A stretch of DNA of 64,000 nucleotides from Octopus vulgaris (GCA_951406725.2 OX597843.1:5766001-5830000), one strand, 5' to 3'; positions 26,866-41,104 are shown, counted from the stretch's first letter. The notes: generated from the sequence alone by a model not told the origin. Numbers and translations are program-made.

Positions 26866-27359
26866 TCAAGCAGAATCTATGAGCAAAGACCTTCCAGCAA
26901 TGACCATCCAGCCAGGTTTTTAGGGTGTTCTAAGCCCTTTTCTCTAAAAGGTCCTTCCAATTTTTAAGACTGTTGAATGTGATTCGAGACAGAATTGACT
27001 GCTGTTTCTGACAGGTCAAATGACAACACACTAACTCCCTCTTCACTGGTGGTGGAGTGACTGACATTCCAGCTGTGGCCATCCCATCATAACAGACTAA
27101 AACAAAGCTAATTAAGTAACTTAATTCAAAGACATTCCAGTTGTGACAACCCCATTTTAACAAACCTATGAATAAAGACAATCCAGCTGTGACCATCACA
27201 TCTCACCTATGATTAAAGGTGTCCCAGATGTGACCATCCCACTTTAGCAGGCCTATGAATAAAGACAATCCAGCTGTGAGCATCCAATCTCAGTAGATCC
27301 TCCCCATCTTAACAGACCTAAGGAAAAACAACAATCCAGTTTTAATGGGCTTATGAATA

Positions 27360-27710
27360 TAGGCGCAGGAGTGGCTATGTGGTAAGTAGCTTGCTTACCA
27401 ACCACATGGTTCCAGGTTCAATCCCACTGTCTGGCACGTGTCTTCTACAATAGTCTTGTGCCAAGGGGATTTGGTAGGCGGAAACTGAAAGAATCTTGTC
27501 GTATATGTATGTGTTTGTCTCCGCTCCATTGCTTGACAACCAATGTTGGTGCGTTTACATCCCTGTAACTTACCGGTTCGGCAAAGGAGACTGACAGAAT
27601 AATAAATACTAGGCTTACAAAGAAAAAGTCCTGGAGTTGATTTGTTTGACTAAAAAGGCAGTGCTCCAGCATGGCCGCAGTCAAATGACTGAAACAGGTG
27701 ACAGAATAAA
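27360..27710 (+). mobile_element. SINE A with internal deletions
   Basis: A and B boxes and tail are present. Confidence 0.85.
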
Positions 27711-29644
27711 AGCAAAAAGATTTCCCAATTTCGCTCGTGGCCCCTTTTTAAGGCAGTAGTATGTAATGAGAGGGTGATTTAGCTGCTATTTTTTGTCAGG
27801 TTGCCCAACAGCCTGTTAACTGGTGGTGTTGACTGCTGAGTGCAACCTCTCACTCCCAGTAGCCCACACACTGACATTGTCATACACAAAGCCACACAAA
27901 CACACACGTGTGTATATATACATATATATATATACATAGACACACATATAGACATACATAAACACACAGACACACCCACACAAATATATACCATATATAC
28001 ACAGACACACACAAACACATAAAAATAGACAGTCACACACATATATATATATAAATAAACACATATACACCCACACACATACAAATATTTACACATGTAT
28101 ATATAAATAAACACATACATATATACATACACAGTGGTACACATTGACCAGGTAGTTTGGAAGAGCAGCAGCTGATGTAAAGACCATTGAAATGTGGTCA
28201 GACATGTAACCTAGGAACTGGTCAGTGGGACAGGGAGGGGGGGGACACGGGTGGGGGAGGCGAACAAAGAGACAGAAGTGAAGAAAGGGAGGCGATGTGT
28301 ATGCCTGGGATGGTGAAGGAAGAGGTAGAGACAGAGGTGGTGGAGGAGGAGGAGGTTGGCATGGAGGGGGTAAGTGAGAGAGAGAGAGATAACAAAGGTG
28401 TAGGCAGTCCATGGTGGTTGTAGTGGGAGGAGGAAAAGAGAGAGAAAGAGAACAATGGAAAACACAGACACACAGTTGGTCAGTGGAGGGGGAGAGAGAG
28501 AGACAGGAGGGCAGTATTGGACAGGTGGTGATGGCTGTGAGAGTAATGATGGGGGTGGTTATGATGATGTTGGCAGTGTAGGAAGAACACACACACACAC
28601 ACACACACACAAAGTACATTCCCAGCTGGTCACTGGAAGACCAGAATGAAAGAAAAAGAGAGAGAGAGATGAAGAACAGAAGAGGAACATGTCACAGAGG
28701 TGAGAGTGATGAGCTAAGAAGACACACACACACCTGTGCATATACTCCTTTACTTCTTTCAGTCACTTGACAATGGCCATGCTGGAGCACCACCTTTAAT
28801 CGACCCCAGGACTTATTCAATCGGTCCGTCTTGCCGAATCGCTAAACACACCAGTATCAGTTGTCAAGTAATGCTAGGGGAACAAACAGACACACACACA
28901 CATATATATACGACGGGCTTCTTTCAGTTTCCGTCTACCAAATCCACTCACAAGGCTATAGTAGAAGACATATGCCCAAGGTGCCATGCAGTGGGACTGA
29001 ACCCAGAACCATGTGGTTCGTAAGGAAGCTACTTACCACACAGCTGCTCCTGTGCCTTTAGTCTTTTTCCCCCAACATTTGTCTATTTATTAGCGACATC
29101 TCACGTAAAATAATTTTTTGTTTTAATCTCGGAATTAAATGGGTTTTGATTTACTGTCAGGTGACTTTTGGCCAACCCTGAATATAAACACACAAACATA
29201 TATTCACACACATAAGTATATGACATTTTTTCCTTTCTTCCCGATCTGTGAAAGAGCATAGGCTCAAAACATCAGCAACTTCTTTCATTCTCCCTGAGCG
29301 TCAGACTAATACACCTGCTCGTTTCCTCACCTGCCTTTGTCTTTTGTAAATTTGAACTATATAAGCACAGACACAGACACAGGAGTCAAGCAAATTAACA
29401 AGCAGCTGGTCAGTGAAGGCCAGGCACTAAGAGCAGAGATTAACGAGAGTGAGGACAAGACAAAGACCTATGCACCGGTCAGTCTTTCTTTTATGCAGAC
29501 CAACACCACTACATAGACACACAGACAGACACACGAACCTTAGAAGAGAGTGATGGAATGAATAAAAAGTCAAAACAATAAATAAGATGAAATATATATA
29601 TATATATACATATATGTTTGAATATAGAGTTAACAGATGAGATC

Positions 29645-30445
29645 TTTTCTTTTATTTGTTTCAGTCATTTGACTGTGGCCATGCTGGAGCACCGCCTTTA
29701 GTCGAACAAATCGAACCCAAGTACTTATTCTATTGGTCTCTTTTGTCGAACCGCTAATTTATGGGGATGTAAACAGACCAACATTGGTTGTCAAGCGATG
29801 GTCGGGAGACAAACACAGACACACACATGCATATATACGACGGGCTTCTTTCAGTTTCCGTCTACCAAATTCACTTACAAGGCTTTGGTCGGCCCAAGGC
29901 TATAGTAGAAGACACTTGCCCAAGGTGCCACGCAGTGGGACTGAACCCAGAACCATGTGGTTGGTAAGCAAGCTACTTACCACACAGCCACTCCTGTGCC
30001 TATAGAAAAACGTGTGTGTTTGTCCCCGCACAGGAGCCAGTCCAGTGGCACTGGCAACGACCTCGCTCAAATTTTTTTTACATGCCAGTAAGATGACACT
30101 GGTAACGATCATCCAACATGAACACTCACGTCATAACACTTATGCAACCCAAAATGCCTTGTGAGTGGATTTGGTAGACAGAAACTGAAAGAAGCCCGTT
30201 GTGTATACGTATATATATGTGTGTGTTTGTTTGGCCCTCCTAACATCGTTTGACAACCGATGCTGGTGTGCATACGTCTCCCGTAACTTAGCAGTTCGGC
30301 AAAAGTGACTGATAGAATAAGTCCTGGAGTCGGTGTGCTCGACTAAAGGCAGTGCTCCAGCATGGCCACAGTCAAATGCCCGAAACAAGTAAAAGAGTAT
30401 ACAAAAGCCTTGTGAGTGGATTTGGTAGGCGGAAACTGAAAGAAG
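29645..30445. mobile_element. Divergent (head-to-head) pair of SINE A copies: 29645..30002 minus, 30155..30400 plus
   Basis: Two opposite-orientation matches to the family A consensus, about 150 bp apart. Confidence 0.85.
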
Positions 30446-30461
30446 CTCCTTATCTTAGTGA

Positions 30462-30762
30462 AGAGGCATGGCTTAGTGGCTAGGGGTACTCGGCTCATGA
30501 CCAGAGGATTATAAGTTCAGTTCCCAGCAGTGTGTTGTGTCCTTGAGCAAGACACTTTATTTCACATTGCTCCAGTCCACTCAGCTGGCCAAAATGAGTC
30601 GTACCAGTAATTCGAAAAGGGGCCAGCCTTGTCACACTCTGTGCCCTGCTGAATCTCGCCGGGAACTACGATAAGGGTATGCATGTCTGTGGAGTACTCA
30701 GCCACATGCAAATTAATTTCACAAGCAGGTTGTTCTGGAACCAACAGAGTACCAATTACATA
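30462..30762 (+). mobile_element. tRNA-derived SINE with a CORE/V-like GTGTCCTTGAGCAAGACACTT domain
   Basis: A-box TGGCTTAGTGG and B-box-like AGTTCAGTTCC. Relatives occur at about 16900..17200, 6875..6975 and 19720..19825. Confidence 0.7.
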
Positions 30763-30811
30763 TATATCGGCATGGGTGAGCACAAGAGCACGCACGTGTG
30801 TGTGTGTGTAA

Positions 30812-31072
30812 GTTTGTTCCTTCTCTAGCCCTGCCTGGCTCATAAGGGCCGGCTTTCCCGGGCGTATAGGTTCCCCACCTGGACGGGACGCTGGTGAGCT
30901 GCAAGATGCAGGAGGAAAGAGTCTGCAGAAGTTTCGCCATTACCTTCTGCCAGAGCCGCGTGGAGCTTAGGTGTTTATGCCCATAAACACGCACATCGCC
31001 CGGTCTGAGATTCGAACCCGCGATCCCTCGACTGTGAGTCTGCTGCTCTAACCACTAGGCCATGTGCCTCCA
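30812..31072 (-). mobile_element. tRNA-derived SINE (family E variant)
   Basis: Minus strand: TGGCCTAGTGGTTAGAGCAGC...GGGTTCGAATCTC, with V-like CGTCCCGTCCAGG. Confidence 0.75.
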
Positions 31073-31374
31073 TATACATATATATGTGTGTGCACGCCTT
31101 CAAGTCCACGTGTACATACATTGCGTGAGTGCAAGTACATGTACGAATATCTGCACGCATGCATGTGTGTGTGTGTGTGGGTGGGTGCAAGTGTGCATAT
31201 GCCTGTGTGAATGGGTGCAAACGTGTGTATGCCGAAAGTGTAAGCGTCTACAAGTTTCCATGTGTGTGTATGTGGATGCGTGTGAGAGAGCGTATGCGTG
31301 TGTGAGAGCGTATGTGTGTGCTTGACAGAAGATTCTAGTAGCTAGACCAGACAAGACAACACTGAAGTAGAACT

Positions 31375-31444
31375 AGAAGAAGGAAAGAAAGAAAGACAGA
31401 GAGAGAGAGAGAGAGAGAAGGAGGGAAAGAGAGAGAGAGAGAGA

Positions 31445-31497
<53 letters not shown>

Positions 31498-31512
31498 AGG
31501 GAAAGAGAGAGG
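31375..31512. repeat. (GA)n microsatellite
   Basis: Long, near-perfect GA run. Confidence 0.95.
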
Positions 31513-32053
31513 AAGCTGGTTGGCATTCACAGAGTGTTACCTTCCAGACAGATACAGATCAATATTGAAACAGTAATGATAATAATAATAATAAGGTTGA
31601 TGGTGGTGGTGGTGGTGGTGGTAGAGTTAGTAGTGGTGACAATTGGAACTACAGTGGTGGTGTTGGCGGCGGCGGCAGAGACTGTGATGCGATAATGGTA
31701 ATGGTGGTGGTGATGATGATGATGATGACAGTTGTGGTGGTGGTGATGGAGATGATGGTAAACAATAATTGCTGATGGTGATGCTGCTAATGATGATGAT
31801 GGTTTCTTTATTTGCCACAAGGACCACGGAGAGAAAGAAGTGGTGGAGATGTTGACGGTGGGGCAGGACAGGAGACGGCGGTGGGGGGGGGAGGAAACAC
31901 GGTGATGATGATGGGGAGGGATGAGGAGCCGAAGGTATGATGGTGAAAGTAGAAGCAGTAATAGTGGTGGTGGTGGTCATGATGAGGAAAACTACCATTA
32001 TTATTATTATTAGTAGTAGTAGTAGTCATGAGTGTAGGAGGAGGTTGTGATTG

Positions 32054-32092
<39 letters not shown>

Positions 32093-32369
32093 CAATGCTC
32101 CACAAATAGCAGCAGCAGCAGCCATGCCACCATTTTCCTCTTTGGTTCCCTTCACTTCAGGTCAGTCAGCAGTTTGTGGAAGAGAAACCGGGCCGACCAA
32201 CCAACCAGGCAGCCAGGCCGGCTGGCCAAGCAGCAGCCATTCATCCACTTGTGGTGATAGTGATAGTAGAAGTGGTAGGCGGAGGAGGAGAGAGAGAGAA
32301 GTGGTTCGTGGGAAGAAGAGAAATAGAGGGAGATATACACACACACACTAATAATGAGAGCTAATGACA

Positions 32370-32422
<53 letters not shown>

Positions 32423-33467
32423 GAAATACATCAATATTTGTTGAGCATCTTTGGTGCAAAATACCTTGCTATAACTAGTTGTGCTGCACTCTGTGACGTA
32501 TGCTCATGTCTTAATAAGGATATATATATATAGATATAGATAGATGGATGGATATAGAGAGGCAGAGAGATACGTATGGATAGATCTTCACAGACAGATG
32601 GATGTAGTTCACCAATAGATCCCAGAAGACACTAAAAATAGTGTAGAGTAAAAGACACACATACAGACACACACACATATTTATATATATATATATATAT
32701 ACACACACAGACACATGAGAGACACACAGACATAAATATATTAACTCTCCGTCTTTCTCCTTCCTTGTCACCCTATCTCAGAGAGAGAGAGAGGAGGAAG
32801 AGAAAGACAAGTGTAAGAGAGATGGAGAGAGAGAAAGAGATTTCAATATTTGTTAGAGAGAATATCTATGAAAGAGAGAGAAGTGTAGAACACATTACAT
32901 CAGAAACAGAGAGAGGGAAAAAGAGACATAGATAGAGCGAGAGAGAGAGAGGAGCAATATGCTAATACCGCTGGCATACATAGACAATACATATATCGAA
33001 GAGATAGTGGTGGGGGGGAGGTGGTATGGTAGTAAGCCAGTTCTGTGATTGTATATATAGATGGCTAAATATATACAGGAGGTACCATACATACAACTGA
33101 TGCAAAAATATACACACACACATAAATATATACATACATTCGCAGACAGGTGTATATCGAGAGAGACATACACCCACATATAATATATGAACATACATTT
33201 ATGCAATACATAATGGCAGGTGTGTGCGTGTGTATATGTATATATATATATCATATCAAAAGGGAAATGGAATTTAAAATATTTAATCAAAATTTACATT
33301 TCCAGTGGCCCAACCTGCAAAAAGACTATATATTAATTATACACACAAGGAATCTACACCCAGGGTGAAGATTCAGCACATTAGAGAGCCACAAAAATAA
33401 TGGATAAGATTCGACAGGAACAAAAATTTGAAAATATATATATGTGTATAAATATATATATATGTCT

Positions 33468-33688
33468 TTCTTTATTACCCACAAGGGGCTAAACATAGAC
33501 GGGACAAACAAGGACAGACAAACTGATTAAATCAACCCCAGTGCGTAACTAGTACTTAATTTATCGACCCCGAAAGGATGAAAGGCAAAGTCGACCTCGG
33601 CGGAATTTGAACTCAGAACGTAGCGGCAGACGAAATTCCACTAAGCATCTCGCCCGGCATGCTAATGTCTCTGCCAGCTCGCCGCCTT
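33468..33688 (-). mobile_element. Full-length Meta-domain SINE (family B)
   Basis: Head AGGCGGCGAGCTGGCAGAG, B-box GAGTTCAAATTCC, domain GCCTTTCATCCTTTCGGGGTCGATAAATTAAGTAC. Confidence 0.8.
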
Positions 33689-34899
33689 GTGTGTGTCTGT
33701 GGATACGGTCATCATTTTGTGGTAAGAAGCTTGCATCCCGAACACATGGTTCTGGGTTCAGTCCCACTGCATGGCACCATGGTCAAGTGTGTTCTAATAA
33801 AGTCTCGGGCCAGCTAAAGCCATGTCAGTGGATTTGGTAGAATATGGGTGTGTGCTTGTTTGTTCTGCCCACCCCATCAGTGCTTGACAAATGGTGTGTT
33901 TCTGTGTTCATAACTTAGCACTTCAGCAAAAGAGACTGACAAAATAGGTACCAGGCTTAGCAAAAACAATTAAGTACTTGGGTTGAGTCATTCGACTACT
34001 CATTCTTCTTCAAGGTGATGGCCACAGCCTAATTACTGTAAAAAGATAATATATTCAGGCATTCGCCACTACACATTCTTTACTTTCTCTCTGTTGAAGA
34101 GCATAGGCTTGAAACGTTAAAGACTTTTTCAATTCCTCAGCATTAAACTAATACATCGGTTTGTTTTGTACACCACCTGTCTTCATCTTTTGTGAATTCT
34201 CCCCCTATATATATATACGTATATAAAAAGCACCCACTACACTCATGGAGTGGTTGGCGTTAGGAAGGGCATCCAGCCGTAGCGACATTGCCAGATCAGA
34301 CTGGGCCTGGTGCAGCCTTCTGACTTCCCAGACCCCAGTTGAACCGTCCAACCCATGCTAGCATGGAAAGCGGACGCTAAATGATGATGATAACACACAC
34401 TGAAGTGTATGTTATGTGCTGATATAAATGTGTAGGGACATGTATGTATGGAGATATATATATGTGTGTGTATATATATATAAAGAGACAGACAAATAGA
34501 TAGATAGATGCACACATATCTATACACCCTGATACACATATAATACGGAATTAAAAACATACAAAATATTGCCAGTCTTTCATATATACACATATATATA
34601 TAAACATACATACATGGAGACATATAAATAAATGTGCATTTATCCACACACCACTTTGGTTTTACAAATGAGTGAACAAAACAACACACGTGAGTGTATA
34701 TAGAAGTATATGATCATCATGCATGTGTGTGTGTGTATATTGATAAGCTGGAACAACACTGTAGTGAGTCAGGAGCTCCTACCATCACCCACTTGAATCC
34801 GAAGTCAATGAACTGCACAAAACGTGTTACGTTTTTATTAGTACATTCGTCTGGAAGTACTACAGCTACTAGTGTGTCTCTCTTTGTGTGCATATAGAC

Positions 34900-35618
34900 T
34901 CTTTACTCTTTTACTTGTTTCAGTTATGCGACCGTGGCCATGCTGGGGCACCACCTTTAGTCAAGCAAAGTGACCCCCAGGACTTATTCTTTGTAAAACC
35001 TAGTACTCATTCTATCGGTCTCTCTTGCTGAACTGCTAAGTTATGGAGACATAAACACACCAGCATCAGTTGTCAAGCAATGTTGTGGGAACAAACACAC
35101 ACACACATATACGACGGGCTTCTTTCAGTTTCCGTCTACCAAATCCACTCACAAGGCTTTGGTCGGCCCGAGGCTATAGTAGAAGACACTTGCCCAAGAT
35201 GCCACGCAGTGGGACTGAGCCCAGAACCATGTGGTTGGTAAGCAAGATACTTACCACACAGCCACCCCTATGCCTGTATATATATATATTTAGTCATGTG
35301 ACTGTGGCCATGCTGGGGCACCGCCTTTAGTCGAGCAAATCGACCCCAGGACTTATTCTTAGTAAGCCTAGTACTTATTCTACCAGTCTCTTTTGCCGAA
35401 CCGCTAAGTTATGGGGGATGTAAACATGCCAACATCAGTTGTCAAGCGATGCTGGGTGGATAAATACAAACACACATACATACAGTAGGCTCCTTTCAGT
35501 TTCTGTCTACCAAATCCACTCACAAGGTTACAGTAGAAGACACTTTGTCCAAGGTGCCACATAGCGGGACTGAACCTGGAACCATGTGGCTGGTAAGCAA
35601 GCTACTTACCACACAGAC
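34900..35618 (-). mobile_element. Two tandem SINE A copies
   Basis: Two head+tail units separated by (TA)n. Confidence 0.85.
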
Positions 35619-35979
35619 ACTCATATATATATATGCATTCCTTTGTGTGTGGAGTGGTGCTCTCCCCCATGTCACTCAACAACAATTGTTGGTTTGTTTA
35701 TGTCCACAGAACTTAGCAGCTCAGCATAAGAGACCAAGAGAATAAATACCAAACTGAAAAAAAACAACAAAAAAAAGACACGTACTCAGATTGACTTGTT
35801 CAAATAAAACCCTTCAAAGCAATGCCCCAGCATGGCCACACTCCAGTGATTGAAACAAGAAAAAGGTGACCTCCTCCTCCACAACTCTGAACTTGGCAGT
35901 AACAAGCCAATGAGAATTTGAGGTGGGATGATGTAGAGCAGGGACCTGGTCCGTTGTTTCAGGGTTTGCGACCCATAAG

Positions 35980-36358
35980 ATGAGGTGGTGAAGCGTGATC
36001 TTTGAATGTCGGGCCTCATAGAGGCAATGACTAGTGACCGAGAGTTTTGGAGATATGCTGTGCTTGAGAAGACTCATCAAGCCAAGTGAAACTGTGGCCA
36101 ATGCCAGTGCTGCATACCTGGCATTCATGCCGGTGGCACATAAAAGCCACCACCTGAGCATTAGGCCTCACAGAGGCAATGTGGCCCCGTGTCACTGGCA
36201 TGTAAAAACACCTATTACACTCTCGGAGTGGTTGGTGTTAGGAAGTGCATCCAGCTGTAGAAACAATGCCAGATCAAGATTGGAGCCTGGTGCAGCCCCC
36301 TCAGCTTACCAGCCCTGGTCAAACCATGCCAGCATGGACAACAGACATTAAATGATGA
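35980..36358 (+). mobile_element. RTE LINE 3' end: ORF C-terminus plus family D 3'UTR
   Basis: DEVVKRDL*MSGLIEAMTSDREFWRYAVLEKTHQAK* runs directly into the family D motifs and a gatga tail. Confidence 0.7.
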
Positions 36359-36864
36359 AAGTCACCATATCATAAGGCAGCGAGCTGGCAGAACTGTTAG
36401 CACGCCGGGCGAAATATGTAGCCATATTTTATTTGCCGTTATGTTCTAAGTTCAAATTCCGCCAAGGTCGACTTTGCCTTTCAGGGTCGATAAATTAAGT
36501 ACCAGTTACGCACCGGGGTCGATGTAATCAACTTAATCCCTTTGTCTAGCCCCTTGTGGGTAATAAAGAAACGGATAGTCACCATATTAGATGACAGTAC
36601 AAGGCCAGGAGACCACTTCAGGTGTTTTGACAATCTCTGGTATTCTTCAACAAGCCCAGTTTGTCTTATGTTTATCTTACGACTGAGGTATATTGCATAA
36701 GAATGAACAAATGAGTGGTCTGCGTGCGTGCATGCACAATCATTGCAGTCGCCAAGAAAATGCAGAGTGCAACAAAACACGCACATCGCCCGGTCTGAGA
36801 TTCGAACCCATGATGTCTCGATTGCGAGTCCACTGCTCTAACCACTAGGCCATGGGCCGCCACA

Positions 36865-36985
36865 GAGAGAAGTTAGACATAAGAGGAAATAGATGCTGCA
36901 CTGGTTTGGTCGTGTGATATGGATAGATGCTGACAGCTCTATAAATAAGTGCTGATCTCTCAAAGTAGATGGAACACATGGGACG
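36865..36985 (+). mobile_element. RTE LINE RT C-terminal fragment
   Basis: Remnant LHWFGRVIWIDADSSINKC*SLKVDGT resembles the RTE motif LRWFGHVxRM. Confidence 0.55.
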
Positions 36986-37800
36986 AAGTACTGAAGAACA
37001 ACCTCAGGGCGCTGAACCTTCCAGATGAGTTGACAAAGGTCTGAGCTACCTGGCATTTTACAGTGCTCATGAAGACTCATATTCCACAGAAGTGTTAAGG
37101 CAGCTCCTTCTGGTGAAGAGAACTGGCCTACAAGAGTCATGTGCTGGTGCGGGGCTAAAAGCACCCAGCGCACACTGTAGCCGTTCAAGAATTTGGACCT
37201 GGACATCTCTATTTCCAGTGACTTCGAGGTCCACCTCCCAGTGGTGTCAGGCGTCAACAAAGAGCCCTCGACTACAACAAGACAACCAAAGTTTTTTTTC
37301 TTTTTTCCAAGGGCTGGGGTCTCCCGTCCCTAAGCCCTGGACCATCACCTAATCACCCTTACCCATCTTGTTGCTTAACAACAACAACACTACACACTGT
37401 AAAGTGGTTGGCATTAGGAAGCGTATCCAGTTGTAGAAACCATGCCAAATCAGACTGGAGTCTGGTACAGCTTGCCATGCCAACATGGAAAATGGATGTT
37501 AAATGATGATGATGATATTTTCCAACATACAGGCTAAATGGAAAGGTAAATTTGGCAGGATGGTCATTCGCCCGCTACATCAAAGAAACTAAAGAACCAA
37601 AGGAGAAAGAAAAAAACGCACTCAATACCAGAGCTGAAGACACCTCTGAAAGGGGAGGGGCCCTGTTACATTAGAGGAGCAGGAACTGAAACTGGACATG
37701 GTTCCTCCTGACAATGTCTTTAGCCACTGGACCCTATAAAGGAGCTGTTGAGATAGTGAACCACAAAACATGGTAGGAATTCCTTCCAATAGTGTGAACA

Positions 37801-37995
37801 TTAACCCTTTCATTACTGTATTTATTTTAAGATGCTCTGAGCTTCTTTCAATTATAACAAAGAATTTAGTAAAATAACTTAGTTATCATTCAGCTAGTGT
37901 TAGGAACATAAATTGTGACTAAGGTTTGGTGGAAGATTTTAATTCAAAACTTATGAAAACAAGACATTTGTACCACAGTGCCAGAGCCAGTTTCA
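37801..37995 (+). mobile_element. piggyBac-like MITE, solo copy truncated by SINE A
   Basis: TTAA-CCCTTTCATTAC start; the body matches the 54-kb array unit. Confidence 0.75.
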
Positions 37996-38764
37996 GTCAT
38001 GCTGGGGCACCACCTTTAGTCGACCAAATCGATCCTAGGACTTGTTTTTGTAAGCCTAGTACTTATTCTATCAGTCTCTTTTGCTGAACTGCTAAGTTAC
38101 AGGGACGTAAACAAACCAACATCAGTTGCCGAGCGATGGTAGGGGGACAAACACAGACACACAAGCATACATATATATATATATATATATATATACAACG
38201 GGCTTCTTTCAGTTTCCATGTACCAACTCCACTCACAAGGCTTTGGTCAACCCAAAGCTATAGCAGACGACACTTGCCCAAGGTGCCACACAGTGGGACT
38301 GAACCTGGAACCAAGCTTCTTAGCGCACAGCCACTCCTGCACCTATTTGGAAAACAAATGCCCATGGCATACAAGTGGAATCGTTCATTTCCAACACTTT
38401 TGCAAGAAAAAAAGTCTGGCCACAGAGAAAATATTAGGATGCCTAGAAACAGGTCAAGGCTGGCAACAGGAAGGGAGTTGAGCTGCAGAAAACCAACCTT
38501 GAAGAATTTCATCTCACTCATGTAACCATGGAGACGTAAACATTACAATAACGATGATTCATATGAACGTGTGGGTGTGTGTATAGCTGTATATACTTTA
38601 TTTGCTAGCAAAAACTGTCCGACGAACAGGTTTTGTGGAATTTTCTGCTGCTTTAAATAAAACATATTACTCTACCCCTGGTATTTGAGTACTCTTTTTT
38701 CCACCTTGTTTCACATTTATGTGTTTACTCCGGTGTACAGATGTATATATATATATATATATAT

Positions 38765-38928
38765 ACGACGGGCTTCTTTCAGTTTCCGCCTACCAAATCC
38801 ACTCACAAGGCTTTGGTCGGCCCAAGGTTACAGTAGAAGACATTTGCCCTCGGTGCCACGCAGTGGGACTGAACCCGGAACCATGTGGTTGGTAAGCAAG
38901 CTACTTACCACACAGCCACTCCTGCGCC

Positions 38929-38966
<38 letters not shown>

Positions 38967-39130
38967 TATATACAATGGGCTTCTTTCTGTTTCCATCTAC
39001 CAAATCCACTCACAAGGCTTTGGTCGGCCCGAGGCTATAGTAGAAGACACTTGCCCTCGGTGCCACGCAGTGGGACTGAACCCGGAACCATGTGCTTAGG
39101 AAGCCAAGTTTCTTACCACACAGCCACTCT
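38765..39130 (-). mobile_element. Two tandem SINE A heads without a tail
   Basis: Both heads share the private variant ttgccctcggtgcc. Confidence 0.85.
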
Positions 39131-39559
39131 TGCACTAAAAAGAAAAAAAAAACCCAGTAGGTCTCACAGGTACTTTATTTTGTCAACCCCGAAAAGATCA
39201 AAAGGCGAAGCTGACCTCAGGAGGATTTGAACTCAGGACCATACAAAGAGCCAGAGCAGAAAAAAGAAAAATGCCGCCAAGCATTTTGTGAGAAGCTCTT
39301 TCGCTGTTTCTGATTTCCAAAGCCATAATAGTAAAAACAATGGCTTCTTGCACAGGTGCATGATGGGATAGGTCTATGTGGGTGTAGAGGCTGGGGGTGG
39401 CAGCGGTGGTGAGTGTAGGGATGATGACAGCGGTGGAGAAACGATGGTGTAGCAGTTCTTCAACTTTGATCATTTCCTAATTTACTGAATTCACAGCAAT
39501 AAACAGACACAATTATATTTAATGACCGAGATAATGAGACAAACCTCTACGTGGCAGCC

Positions 39560-40460
39560 AGAGATGGTAGAAATAGCAGTCAAATCTCCCTCAATTCACA
39601 CCGTCCTGTGTATGTCTGTATGTATGAGCCAATGAGGGAAACCTTTTACATGGTAGCTATACTTACTAGAAATAGCAACCAAATCTCCCTCATATCACAC
39701 CCTACTGTCTTATGTATGAGCCAATGAGGGAGACCTCTACATGATAGCTAGACCTAGTAGAAAAAGTGGCTAAATCTCCCTCAAATCACACCCTACAGTC
39801 TTGTGTGTGTATATGTATGTATGAACCAATGAGGGAGATCTCTACATAGTAGAAATAGCAACCAAATCTCCCTCATATCACACACTACTGTCTTATGTAT
39901 GAGCCAATGAGGGAGACCTCTACATGATAGCTAGACCTAGTAGAAAAAGTGGCTAAATCTCCCTCAAATCACACCCTACAGTCTTGTGTGTGTATATGTA
40001 TGTATGAACCAATGAGGGAGATCTCTACATAGTAGAAATAGCAACCAAATCTCCCTCATATCACACACTACTGTCTTATGTATGAGCCAATGAGGGAGAC
40101 CTCTACATGATAGCTAGACCTAGTAGAAAAAGTGGCTAAATCTCCCTCAAATCACACCCTACAGTCTTGTGTGTGTATATGTATGTATGAACCAATGAGG
40201 GAGATCTCTACATAGTAGAAATAGCAACCAAATCTCCCTCATATCACACACTACTGTCTTATGTATGAGCCAATGAGGGAGACCTCTACATGATAGCTAG
40301 ACCTAGTAGAAAAAGTGGCTAAATCTCCCTCAAATCACACCCTACAGTCTTGTGTGTGTATGTATGTATGAACCAATGAGGGAGATCTCTACATAGTAGC
40401 TTAGACATGGCAGAAATAGCAGCCAAATTTCTCTCAAATCATACCCTACTGTCTGATGTA
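39560..40460 (+). repeat. 183-bp dimeric tandem repeat (4 near-identical units plus flanking partials) derived from the family C 5' module
   Basis: agaaatagcaaccaaatctccctc recurs at 39668, 39851, 40034 and 40217. Each unit contains two related subunits. Confidence 0.92.
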
Positions 40461-41104
40461 TGTATTACATCATTGAGATTTCAAAGATGTGATTGTTTAA
40501 TTTCAGAATGACATTGTAGGGCAGGTGTGAGATGTTGGATCTGGCAAGTTTCAACATGAAACAGGCAGAATACTTGGATCAGATATGCCCGGTTTAAATG
40601 CTAACGGGTTAAACCTTTTCAATCCAATCCACCTGAGACCACCCCCACTGATTCTATGATACAAACTTCCTCTTTTAAAGTGATCTTAGTTTTTTTCCCT
40701 TTAAATACCTGCTGCTAGGCTCCAGCAAGTTGTCACATGACACTGTCTCAACTTTAACTGACCAATGAAGGGGCATAGTCTCAGCCCAGGCATTCTCTAA
40801 ATGAGACATTCACCTGTCAATCAGCGAAGCTAATTCAGTGTCAGCCTGTCTCACCTAGTGATGTTATTTTCCAATGGCATATGACTTTCAAGCCATTTTT
40901 GGCAGGATGGTCACAGCCGGAACATCTTTGATTATAGGTCTGCTGGATCAGGACTGACCTGGGACTAAACAACTACAAGGAGAGACACATTAGATAATGT
41001 AGTCCTAGGTACACTATGTCTGAATAAAAGGCAGGATGGTCACAGCTGGAACATCTCTGATCATGGGTCAGTCTGGATCAGGATTAGCTTGAGATTAAAT
41101 AACA

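Noticed and set aside
4461-29185. Tc1/mariner-like inverted termini cagggtggcccaaaagtcac (4464) and gtgacttttggccaaccctg (29161) as one 25-kb element
   Set aside because: More simply explained as ends of two separate decayed MITE copies. No transposase is present, and the span would include a host exon.
32139-32162. miR-133-like sequence TTTGGTTCCCTTCA
   Set aside because: Seed mismatch, divergent 3' half and no precursor hairpin.
36985-37350. 140-aa minus-strand ORF region (36838..37260)
   Set aside because: No motif recognised. It abuts LINE and SINE fragments and is probably a decayed transposon piece.
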